From the IMG/VR virus record IMGVR_UViG_2684622580_000006: a stretch of 34,867 nt of DNA, one strand, 5' to 3'. This document shows, in pieces, positions 8,601 to 16,438 of this stretch. The notes below the pieces were generated by a model that saw nothing but the letters and a program-made list of their open reading frames with translations, ran no database searches and was not told where the DNA came from. The position numbers and the translations under genes are program-made. Source of the stretch: a virus (Duplodnaviria; Heunggongvirae; Uroviricota; Caudoviricetes). Positions within the stretch are counted from its first letter, which is position 1. Every line of letters begins with the position of its first letter.

Positions 8601-8768
8601 AGATACTTCCTCTAAAACTGTATTTATACACTGTGCACAGTGATGATATATTACTATGCATGAACTTGATTTCATGCTTTATAAGTTTTATTGAGTCTCA
8701 CAAAATGATAGATTATCCTATGTGAATACAAACAGTTATAACCGACAGATTAATGGGTTGAGGACGTA

Positions 8769-9245
8769 ATGGACAATGAACTGAAAAAACTTATACACGC
8801 ATTCAGAAATGCTCTCGTTATGGCTGCGGATACACATTCATTTGGGTGTTTCAGTATGCCAAGATGGTCAGAGTTAAACAGTTTTCCACATGGTTGCTGT
8901 GACTTAGCAAGTAATTTTCTGGCTCAATATCTCACAGACTATGGATATGAGCCTGAAATAATTTGGTTTGAATGCTGCGAAGAACTAAACAAATATATCA
9001 AATCACACGTAGTTGTTAGGATTAACGATTACTATGTTGATTTAACACGAAATCAATTTGATGATCATAATGGAAGAGTATTGATTGAAGACAAATTCGG
9101 TTCCATTCCACGATTAATTAAACAAATAAAATCAATGAACTCAAATAATGTTGAGGATAGAAATATCAATATTAATACATTTAATTCAAGTGGGTATGAA
9201 CTCTACAGCTATATCAAAAAAATTGCGAATAATTTGATTAACTGA
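8769..9245 (+). CDS. Putative Cys-His-Asp fold protein (papain/transglutaminase-like), paralog 1
   Basis: 158 aa; Cys in FPHGCCDLASNFLAQYL, then SHVVVRINDYYVDLT; shares the H-x2-V-x-[VI]-x2-Y-x2-DL[ST] pattern with the next ORF; GAGGA SD; very AT-rich. Confidence 0.5.
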   Translation: MDNELKKLIHAFRNALVMAADTHSFGCFSMPRWSELNSFPHGCCDLASNFLAQYLTDYGYEPEIIWFECCEELNKYIKSHVVVRINDYYVDLTRNQFDDHNGRVLIEDKFGSIPRLIKQIKSMNSNNVEDRNININTFNSSGYELYSYIKKIANNLIN

Positions 9246-9341
9246 ATAAAATTATTTTAAAAAGGAAAAGAACCAGCATTGGAAATTTATTAAACATGTT
9301 GGTTTTATAATCGATAAAACAATCTGATTGGTGAGAATAAA

Positions 9342-9848
9342 ATGAATAATAATGAAATGAAGCAACAAATAAATGAATTGTCTTCTTATGTTCTGGACAA
9401 GACAATCAAAAAAGAGAAGGCATGTCTCTACATGAGTGCATATCTTTGCGCACTTATCAATGACAACATGAGAATAACCGCAAGATTGATTTCTGGGTCA
9501 CTTGTTATAAAAAACACTAAGATTTTCTCACATGAGCCTATACTGCCGATACTTACTTCGGGGAGCAATTATACCGGAGAATGGGATGGTCATGCTTGGG
9601 TTGAGGTCGCTGGATATATATGCGATTTATCAATCTTTTGTACAATTTTTTCAGAAAGTACATCAACTGAATTGCAGGATGTTTTCATGCAAACATTTGA
9701 TAGATACTATGAATTCTTAATCGCACCAAGAGAAAAACTAGAAGCAGCAGATATTTGCTATAAAGAATGCGAAGAATTAGGTAATGAACAAATAGATATT
9801 CTGATTCACTCAGGAATCAAATCAGGTATCTTAGTCAATCCAGAATGA
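9342..9848 (+). CDS. Putative transglutaminase-like cysteine peptidase fold protein, paralog 2
   Basis: 168 aa; KACLYMSAYLCAL (Cys), then GHAWVEVAGYICDLS, which matches the transglutaminase-like HAWxEV...D signature; stop overlaps the next start (ATGA). Confidence 0.5.
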   Translation: MNNNEMKQQINELSSYVLDKTIKKEKACLYMSAYLCALINDNMRITARLISGSLVIKNTKIFSHEPILPILTSGSNYTGEWDGHAWVEVAGYICDLSIFCTIFSESTSTELQDVFMQTFDRYYEFLIAPREKLEAADICYKECEELGNEQIDILIHSGIKSGILVNPE

Positions 9849-10567
9849 TTACAGAGGATAAAATGGAAGCAAACACTTTTATCGACCGTTTTTTTCATAG
9901 TTCTTATGAATTGACAGATTTTCGTCACGTTGGCGAACGAGACATTAACTCATTGTATACATTTCTGAATTTACTCCATTCTCTAAATGATCGTTTCAGC
10001 AAGGAATTTGGGATAGCTCAACTGGCCAAAAGGCCAGAGTTTAAATTATTACGTTTGATACGTAATTATTTTCAACATGTAGGGGATGTGGACGAATTCC
10101 GTCTATTTCAGACTCGTGATGCCATTTTGACTTCACATATGGAAATGATCATCATCCCAACAGCTTTAGTAGCTCGTGCCATCGAAAGTTTTCGAAACCA
10201 ACCACATAATAAGAAAGATCCAGTACGGGCTGAAAAAGAACTTTCATCCATTGCATCAGCTATCAGCGATTTTGAATATCTTTGTGATAATACGGATCTT
10301 TTTAGAGAAAACCCTCCTTTTCATGATACTGATAATACATATTTCTTAGGTTTTGACCTTTATAAATCCGTGTATAATATTACCAATATCGTAGCAGATA
10401 TATGCAGGAAAAGGGATGAATTTGCAATAAAAAAATGCGTTCAAGAGCTTGAAAAAGAATACACCGAAATGAATAACATACCAAAAGAAAATATATTATT
10501 ACTTGCGGGAAGTCCACCGCCACTACTAACAACCCAAGGTTTTGTGTTTCCTAAAAGGGATAGATAA
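9845..10567 (+). CDS. HEPN-motif protein (Abi-like putative RNase)
   Basis: 240 aa; contains LIRNYFQH, i.e. the R-[N]-x3-H (Rx4-6H) HEPN motif in its usual hydrophobic context; translationally coupled to the preceding gene. Confidence 0.45.
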   Translation: MITEDKMEANTFIDRFFHSSYELTDFRHVGERDINSLYTFLNLLHSLNDRFSKEFGIAQLAKRPEFKLLRLIRNYFQHVGDVDEFRLFQTRDAILTSHMEMIIIPTALVARAIESFRNQPHNKKDPVRAEKELSSIASAISDFEYLCDNTDLFRENPPFHDTDNTYFLGFDLYKSVYNITNIVADICRKRDEFAIKKCVQELEKEYTEMNNIPKENILLLAGSPPPLLTTQGFVFPKRDR

Positions 10568-10608
10568 ATTAAAGTAATTATAGTTCGTATAGATTTTCTT
10601 TTACCAAA

Positions 10609-10650
10609 TATTGTTGATTCGCTATTATACCTTAATAGCAATCAACAATT
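10609..10650. terminator. Imperfect 17-bp palindrome between convergent stops (bidirectional terminator or protein site)
   Basis: ttgttgatt(c)gctatta - tacct - taatagcaatcaacaa; lies exactly between the stops at 10567 (+) and 10656 (-). Confidence 0.4.
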
Positions 10651-10655
10651 GATTT

Positions 10656-11264
10656 TCATATTGCTTTGGTCGGCTTTGAAATTTCAATTTTCACAATTAA
10701 CAGTTCTTCGTCAAAAGATAACTTATTCCCCTTCATTACTTTTCTCATAACGCCGTTCTCATTTTCGAGAGCAGCGTTTTTTAGTTTTAAGGCTTCAATC
10801 TCCTTTCTCAATTCTTCCAATTCGTTGGTGATAACATCAACTTTCTGTTCAGTAGGAAATTCAATTTCTTCTTTAATCTCTACAAAACTCCCAACATATT
10901 GCTGAACAAAGTTATCGGTGTCTTTTTTGTGAATCATAGTCAAGTCTGAACCTAAAGCTTTCCAGTTACGACCTTCACAGCAAACGATCACAGCTTTTGT
11001 CATATCACTTGAATAAGCAACGATAGCAGGCTTGTCGTTCAGTTCTGACATACCGATTTGGAATTTACGCATATCTTTTACAGTCAACGCGTTTTCAACT
11101 TTGCTTAACATCTTTGCTCTGATGTTACGGTGAATCTCTGTAAAGCTACCGATAAAACTTTTCAGCTTGTTTCTGTTATTGGTCATTTCGTTAGTCTTAA
11201 CGATTTTTTTATTCAAGCTAACGTTAGTAGTCCCGTTCAAGTTTTCAAAGATTGAGAAATTCAT
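10656..11264 (-). CDS. Hypothetical protein with C-terminal coiled coil (possible regulator / antirepressor-like)
   Basis: 202 aa; C-terminal ELEELRKEIEALKLKNAALENE heptads; start overlaps the stop of the upstream small HTH ORF. Confidence 0.55.
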   Translation of the reverse strand: MNFSIFENLNGTTNVSLNKKIVKTNEMTNNRNKLKSFIGSFTEIHRNIRAKMLSKVENALTVKDMRKFQIGMSELNDKPAIVAYSSDMTKAVIVCCEGRNWKALGSDLTMIHKKDTDNFVQQYVGSFVEIKEEIEFPTEQKVDVITNELEELRKEIEALKLKNAALENENGVMRKVMKGNKLSFDEELLIVKIEISKPTKAI

Positions 11265-11428
11265 TATTTGATGTCCTTTTTAACAGGTTGAGTTCTGATA
11301 TTTCGTTTCTTGCAAGCGTTATATAGCGTTGCTTTGTTCATCTGTTTAGATTCTGCAATCTGCTGAAATGTCTCACCAGCATCTAGACGTGATTCGATTT
11401 CAAATTTGTTTGGAATAAACTTTGCCAT
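11264..11428 (-). CDS. Small HTH DNA-binding protein (54 aa), below the ORF-track size cutoff
   Basis: Hand translation MAKFIPNKFEIESRLDAGETFQQIAESKQMNKATLYNACKKRNIRTQPVKKDIK; resolvase/Hin-type HTH; stop overlaps the ATG of the 202-aa gene (TAATG). Confidence 0.5.
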   Translation of the reverse strand: MAKFIPNKFEIESRLDAGETFQQIAESKQMNKATLYNACKKRNIRTQPVKKDIK

Positions 11429-11451
11429 TTGGTTGCCTTTTTATGATGTTG

Positions 11452-11477
11452 AAAAAAGAGCGCTCTTGCGAGCGCTT
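11452..11477 (-). terminator. Intrinsic terminator oriented for minus-strand transcription
   Basis: Stem agcgctc / gagcgct with loop ttgc; plus-strand A-run at 11452-11457 gives a U-tract on the minus-strand RNA; sits in the leader of the HTH operon. Confidence 0.45.
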
Positions 11478-11491
11478 CAAACTTTAAGGAA
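11476..11491 (+). repeat. 16-bp direct repeat ttcaaactttaaggaa, copy 1
   Basis: Identical to 12404-12419; contains an AAGGA ribosome-binding site followed by a 7-codon micro-ORF. Confidence 0.6.
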
Positions 11492-12403
11492 TTTTTAAAT
11501 GAACTTATCGTTGTTCACATAGCTATTTTATATCGGCTATTCGATAGCGTAAACAAAGAGAGAAAACAACGAGGAGAAGAAACTCTCTATTGTTCTTCAT
11601 AGGGTATTTAGTGCCCTCACCGAAAGTGTAAGCAAAATTTTTAAAATAATTTGAAAGCAATCGGAGCAAACGTATCGATGCACTGATAAAACGCATCGAT
11701 AGCGCATCGATGCTTCTCGGCAAAGCGCATGGACCTTGAAGAAAATCGCCCTATAAGAACAATTGGATAAAGATGATATGGAAGGATATAGAAGCAGTAA
11801 ACACTACAAAACCAGATCTGAAAAACAGATTTCGCGAAGCGCGGGCGAAGCCCTAATTAATAACATTAGCGCGTAAGCGCGACAGATAGAAGTTAATCAA
11901 CATCGCTATGATCATAGATGTTGAACTTGATGATCAGTAATTATTACTAGATACGATTATTAGCGCTTCGCGCGTTCGCTACGCTCACAATATTGTTTTC
12001 TGATCATAATCAATAACTTCTAACTGCATTATAACCAGATCTGAAAACCTGATAAACTTAACTATCGTTAATTAAATCAGATAGCGTTAGTGAGTTCTCC
12101 ATCGCTTCGCTCAGTCGAACGGGCAAGCGCCGTCTTTGATAGAGATCTGGTCTTTATCGTTTTAGCTGACCTTATCGTCCCTCCTCGCTTCTCCCTGCTC
12201 TACTGACCATCTTGATACACCTTGTTCATCTATACCAGCCAAATTGAACCTGATGCACCCTGCTTTGATACCGACCTTGATTGTTGTCGCTTCGCCTGCG
12301 GCTCGCTTACCACCGTTATTGAATCGGACCAATAGAGATTCCTAGTTTACTAAATACAAGCGTGATTCAGAGAAACATCTGAAAGTCAACACTTCTATTC
12401 AAA
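11492..12403. other. About 0.9 kb non-coding, repeat-rich region (candidate ncRNA, iteron origin, or insertion remnant)
   Basis: No credible ORF; three GCATCGAT palindromes at 11676-11716; two aaccagatctgaaaa repeats (about 11810 and 12035); several CGCTTCGC-like motifs. Confidence 0.4.
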
Positions 12404-12419
12404 TTCAAACTTTAAGGAA
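12404..12419 (+). repeat. 16-bp direct repeat ttcaaactttaaggaa, copy 2 (RBS of the homing endonuclease gene)
   Basis: Identical to 11476-11491; immediately precedes the ATG at 12427. Confidence 0.6.
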
Positions 12420-12426
12420 ACTCAAA

Positions 12427-13041
12427 ATGTACAAAAGAACTATCAACAACGTAACTTACAAAACCCGTTCTGAACTGGATACTGAGCCAACCGGATTCAG
12501 CGTTTATAAAACCGTTTTCAGTATCAACAATGAATCATTCGTTTATTACGGCAAACAAGCTTTCAACGGTCAGCCTGATATGTCGTATATCGGTTCTGGT
12601 CGCAGAGTTCAGGAAAAACTCGCTGAAATGACCGAGTCAGATATCGTTTATAAAATCGTTCTACAGAATTTTGAATCAGAACAAGAAGCGTATGACTTCG
12701 AATCTGAATGCATTCAATCAGCACGCAAATCGAAGGTTAATATTTTAAATATATCTAAAGGAAACTCCGGTGGTAAGGTCTTTGACAAAATGACAGAAGA
12801 ACAAATTAAACAACGTAACGCGAAAATCTCTATGAGCATGATGGGTCACGAAGTCTCTGATGAAACTCGTCGTAAAATCTCAGAAGCGAAATCTGGTCAG
12901 ACTCGCTCTGATAATACGAAACAAAAAATCGGTGATGCTCTGCACGGTCGCAAAACTGGACCTAAATCAGAAGAAACCAAACGCAGAATGTCAGAAGCAC
13001 ATAAAGCACGTCACGCTAACAAGGAGACAGCGAATGTCTAA
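12427..13041 (+). CDS. GIY-YIG homing endonuclease with NUMOD3-like repeats (Seg / I-TevI-like)
   Basis: 204 aa; N-terminal GFSVYK...FVYYGKQ...YIGSGRR (GIY-YIG spacing) and C-terminal repeats HEVSDETRRKISEAKSG / SEETKRRMSEAHK typical of NUMOD3. Confidence 0.75.
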   Translation: MYKRTINNVTYKTRSELDTEPTGFSVYKTVFSINNESFVYYGKQAFNGQPDMSYIGSGRRVQEKLAEMTESDIVYKIVLQNFESEQEAYDFESECIQSARKSKVNILNISKGNSGGKVFDKMTEEQIKQRNAKISMSMMGHEVSDETRRKISEAKSGQTRSDNTKQKIGDALHGRKTGPKSEETKRRMSEAHKARHANKETANV

Positions 13042-13285
13042 AACTCAGCAGTTTCTAAGACCTGTTATCGTTGCGCTTGTTGTCGTAGGAGGTTGCGCTA
13101 TTGAATCGTGTAGCAGCACAGTATCAAAAGAATCGATTATAAAGCGTGACATCATATGCGCAAATCAGGAGTACAATCCTAAAACTGCAAAGCATGACAT
13201 TGAAATGTGCCGAAAGGGATTCAACAAAAAAGGGAGCATCAGCTCCCTTTTATCATTTAAATCCATGAACCAGCAGCTGCTCTAA
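13034..13285 (+). CDS. Small lipoprotein (83 aa), candidate superinfection-exclusion or spanin-like protein
   Basis: ATG at 13034 preceded by AAGGAG; signal peptide MSKTQQFLRPVIVALVVVGG followed by the lipobox Cys (VVGGC); the track ORF 12860-13285 is an artefactual upstream extension. Confidence 0.6.
   Translation: MSKTQQFLRPVIVALVVVGGCAIESCSSTVSKESIIKRDIICANQEYNPKTAKHDIEMCRKGFNKKGSISSLLSFKSMNQQLL
13226..13253. terminator. Bidirectional terminator hairpin gggagc-atca-gctccc embedded in the 3' end of the lipoprotein ORF
   Basis: 6-bp stem flanked by an A-run (13226-13231) and a T-run (13248-13251); for the minus strand it sits right after the stop of the 59-aa ORF. Confidence 0.45.
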
Positions 13286-13432
13286 TCTCTTCTCTAGCAA
13301 CTTGTTCGCTGAATCTTCGCTGAAGATGATTGATTGAACGTCACAGTCGGTTTTCAGTCTTAATGCTGCATCATCAACCGACATACGTTCGTTTTGTACA
13401 TCACCATTTTTGTAAATAACTTTAACAATCAT
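13253..13432 (-). CDS. Small protein (59 aa), convergent with and overlapping the 3' end of the lipoprotein gene
   Basis: Hand translation MIVKVIYKNGDVQNERMSVDDAALRLKTDCDVQSIIFSEDSANKLLEKRLEQLLVHGFK; AAGGAG 6 nt upstream of the ATG; terminator right after the stop. Confidence 0.4.
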   Translation of the reverse strand: MIVKVIYKNGDVQNERMSVDDAALRLKTDCDVQSIIFSEDSANKLLEKRLEQLLVHGFK

Positions 13433-13500
13433 GCTTGCTCCTTAGCATTGTTTGAAACATGATGATTTCACATTTCAACTTATATCTCAATCTACATACA

Positions 13501-13528
13501 GAAAATGGGAGCATTAGCTCCCATTTTT
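13501..13528. terminator. Intrinsic terminator downstream of the minus-strand HTH gene
   Basis: atgggagc-atta-gctcccat hairpin flanked by aaaa and ttttt. Confidence 0.5.
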
Positions 13529-13929
13529 CATTGTGAACCTCCATTTGTTTTATTGGTACAGCGTAAAAACTGATCGCGTATATACGCTTTTGATTTACCT
13601 GTCATTCGCTTACCGAATTCAATGAAATCTCCTTTCGTCTGACGATAAACAATCAAACTGATTTCAGAAGGTTTTTTGTGAGCACTATTTGATGCTAGCT
13701 GTTTTTCAATGTTCGGGATTTCTGATTCTTTAACTTCACCAGCTTCAATTTCAGAAGCAATAACTTCCTCTTCAACTGGCTTCACAGTGTATTTTTCAAT
13801 ATTTGCTTTAACGCGACGAACAACAGAGCGGGAAACTTCAAATTGTTCAGCAATCTTACGTTCTGATAAATCTGTTCCTGCGTTAATCATTGCAGCTATT
13901 TTATTTTCGATAGTCGGTTCAGTTTTCAA
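13528..13929 (-). CDS. HTH DNA-binding protein (133 aa), divergent from the large terminase gene
   Basis: N-terminal HTH AGTDLSERKIAEQFEVSRSVVRRV; TTG start with GGAG 8 nt upstream. Confidence 0.55.
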   Translation of the reverse strand: MKTEPTIENKIAAMINAGTDLSERKIAEQFEVSRSVVRRVKANIEKYTVKPVEEEVIASEIEAGEVKESEIPNIEKQLASNSAHKKPSEISLIVYRQTKGDFIEFGKRMTGKSKAYIRDQFLRCTNKTNGGSQ

Positions 13930-14039
13930 TTCGATGTTCTCCGTGTTGAGATGGATTGAACTTTAACAATCCAGGTCCGAGGTGCAAGCGTCCTGAAAAT
14001 TATTTGTTGGATTCTTCATAAATACACTCAGAGGTGACT

Positions 14040-15923
14040 ATGAAAAGTATCAACAAATTAAAGAAAATCATTAAAGCATCAAAAATTTTTATCATGCCTC
14101 CTGCTGATTACACGCCGTCAGAATGGGTCGAACAGAACTTAATCTTCCCTGATGGACCATATGCGGATCAGCCAATGCGACTTTTTGAGTTCCAGCGCGG
14201 AATGATTGACGCTATCAAAGGCAATAAGAAGAAAATCGTTCTTATGACTTCTGCACAGATCGGCAAAACGACGATTCTGAACGGTGTTCTGTTCTATAAA
14301 TCAGCTATAGATCCAGGCAACGCGGGTGTTTTACAGTCTACAGCGAAAGAAACGACACAATGGTTATCAGGTAAAATTAAACCGATGATTGATGCATCGG
14401 AAGAAATGCAGAAAATCGTTACTGATAAAAACGACAGAAATGCAGTTAATAACACCAGTCAGATTCAGCTACGAAATGGTGGTTTCTGGTATTTCATGAG
14501 TTTGAACTCTCCTTCTCACTTGCGTGGTAAAACTCTGCCATTGCTTCTGCTTGATGAAGTTGATGCTGTCGATACTGATACAGAAGAAGGCAACCCAATA
14601 ATGATTGCCGAACAGCGTGCAACAACTTTCGGTTCAGACGCTCGAATCTTTATCAGTTCGACGCCTACTGGCAAATACGGTGCCATCAATACTCAATACG
14701 AAGCATCCGATAGACGTAAATTCCATATCGATTGTCCTCATTGTGGTCGTTCTCATGAACTCGTTTGGGAAAACATTAAATTCGATTGGATTAAACATGA
14801 TGGTAAATCAGTACCAGATCCAGAAACTGCGCGTCTTGAATGTCCTTCTTGTAATGAAGCAATCTCAGAAGCACAACGAGCAAGAGCATTAGCAAACGGT
14901 AATTGGATTGTGACTAATCCAGAAGCTGATACAGCAGGATTCCATGTAAGTCGTTTATACAGTCCTATGAGTTCAATAAAATCTGTCGTTCAAGATTTCA
15001 AAAATGCTTATCAAACATTCAGTTTGTCAACGTTCTATAACACCGTATTAGGTCTGCCTTTTGATGATCTGAACGAGGATGTGGAAATCAGTAAATTAAA
15101 CGAACTGAAAACTGATATCAGTATCAGAAATATTCCAGAAGATTGTCTTTTCTTAACTGCGGGTGTTGACCAACAGCAAGACCGTTTAGAAGTAACCTTG
15201 ATGGGTCACAACGAACGAACCGTTTATATTCTTGCACATCGTAGCTTTATGACAATGAACGCTGAGGTTATCGATTCCCCTGCTTATAAAGAACTTCTTG
15301 CATACGTTAAAGCACCGTTCAGAACAGCTTTGGGAAGAAAGGTTCCTTTAGCGTGGGTGAACGTCGATAGCTCAAACGGTCGAGCAACTAAAACAATCTA
15401 TCGTTTCTGCTCTCAGTGGACAAACCTGAAAGCAATTAAAGGTGCCAGCTCAGTTGATGCCCCTTATGTTCCAACGAAAATCACGAAAACCGGTGGTTAT
15501 GAACTTTATATGATTGGTGTAAACCAAGGAAAAAACTTAGTTCGTGAACTGCTAAACAGAAGCGTGAAATCTGGAAATACACCAGTCAGAGTCGAAATCT
15601 CTGATGATGTTCCAGATGATTACTGCGAACAGCTTATGTCCGAAGAATTAAAACGCTCTGGCAATACTGTTAGATGGGTTATTAAACAAGGCGGTGTTCG
15701 TAACGAAGGTCTTGACTGCTTTAACTACGGTTATTGTGCGCGTCTGCAAGTTCTAGAGAAAATCAAATTTCACGAGTGGAGGAAACTCGCTGCTAAATCT
15801 GATATTGAAATGCCAGAAGAACAAAACGAAACAAATTCTCCTGTTATTCAAACTCCTGAACCACGTCGAAACATTATCAAACGAAACAGACCAGTTAATA
15901 AGCCTCGTGGTTTCGGATTATAA
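14040..15923 (+). CDS. Terminase large subunit (lambda gpA family)
   Basis: Walker A-like SAQIGKTT; FHIDCPHCGRSHELVW...ECPSCNEAI aligns to the lambda gpA zinc-ribbon region FHVACPHCGEEQYL; NEGLDCFNYGYCARL aligns to gpA NEALDCFVYALAAL; ATG 14040 with a GAGGTG SD (track start is GTG 14034). Confidence 0.9.
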   Translation: MKSINKLKKIIKASKIFIMPPADYTPSEWVEQNLIFPDGPYADQPMRLFEFQRGMIDAIKGNKKKIVLMTSAQIGKTTILNGVLFYKSAIDPGNAGVLQSTAKETTQWLSGKIKPMIDASEEMQKIVTDKNDRNAVNNTSQIQLRNGGFWYFMSLNSPSHLRGKTLPLLLLDEVDAVDTDTEEGNPIMIAEQRATTFGSDARIFISSTPTGKYGAINTQYEASDRRKFHIDCPHCGRSHELVWENIKFDWIKHDGKSVPDPETARLECPSCNEAISEAQRARALANGNWIVTNPEADTAGFHVSRLYSPMSSIKSVVQDFKNAYQTFSLSTFYNTVLGLPFDDLNEDVEISKLNELKTDISIRNIPEDCLFLTAGVDQQQDRLEVTLMGHNERTVYILAHRSFMTMNAEVIDSPAYKELLAYVKAPFRTALGRKVPLAWVNVDSSNGRATKTIYRFCSQWTNLKAIKGASSVDAPYVPTKITKTGGYELYMIGVNQGKNLVRELLNRSVKSGNTPVRVEISDDVPDDYCEQLMSEELKRSGNTVRWVIKQGGVRNEGLDCFNYGYCARLQVLEKIKFHEWRKLAAKSDIEMPEEQNETNSPVIQTPEPRRNIIKRNRPVNKPRGFGL

Positions 15924-15926
15924 ATA
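15919..15926 (+). promoter_or_regulatory. TATAAATA (T4 late-promoter-like octamer) upstream of the 15944 gene
   Basis: Exact TATAAATA overlapping the terL stop, 18 nt before the next ATG. Confidence 0.35.
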
Positions 15927-15943
15927 TAAGAAAGGAGAACTCA

Positions 15944-16438
15944 ATGCAAAAATCAAATTCAGAAATTTACATCGGTGAAAAACTCGCTGTTTATAATCCT
16001 GAAGGTGCAACAGTCTCCATAGGCTCAACTGAAACTAAATTGTTTTCTCAAACTGATTGTCCAGCGAATATCTCGGTGGACACATCAGATTTTATCGAAG
16101 GAACTTTTTCTGCTGTTGTTCTCTATGAAGGTGCGCTTATCAGTAACAGCATTATCAAAGTGAAATCACCATTCGTTTCAAAAACGAAAAAAGAACAACT
16201 CAGGGAAATGATTAACGATATCGATATGGTTATTCAGTATCGTCTGACAAGTAACGAAGAAGCTATTCAGCAAATGAGCATTAACGGTAAATCATTCGTA
16301 TATGAAACCCTTGATTCTCTGCTATTAGCTCGCAAACGTCTATTAGCAAACTTGGCGAATCTGATTAAGTCAGAACAAATGGCAAACGGTAAATCTCCGA
16401 TTGTTACTATTAAAGCGAGGTTCACGAATCCATCATGA
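15944..16438 (+). CDS. Hypothetical protein between terminase and portal (possible head-assembly protein)
   Basis: 164 aa; AAGGAG SD; overlaps the portal start by 4 nt. Confidence 0.6.
   Translation: MQKSNSEIYIGEKLAVYNPEGATVSIGSTETKLFSQTDCPANISVDTSDFIEGTFSAVVLYEGALISNSIIKVKSPFVSKTKKEQLREMINDIDMVIQYRLTSNEEAIQQMSINGKSFVYETLDSLLLARKRLLANLANLIKSEQMANGKSPIVTIKARFTNPS

Noticed and set aside
11523-11723. 66-aa minus-strand ORF within the non-coding repeat region
   Set aside because: It runs through the GCATCGAT repeats, has no convincing ribosome-binding site, and gives a low-complexity product; probably a chance ORF
11492-12403. Group I intron or retron ncRNA as an explanation for the non-coding region beside the GIY-YIG gene
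   Set aside because: No interrupted coding sequence flanks it on either strand and no reverse transcriptase gene is nearby; left as an unexplained ncRNA or origin candidate
12860-13033. N-terminal extension of the lipoprotein ORF in the track (141 aa from 12860)
   Set aside because: It overlaps the homing endonuclease gene in another frame; the internal ATG at 13034 has a strong SD and begins a clean signal peptide
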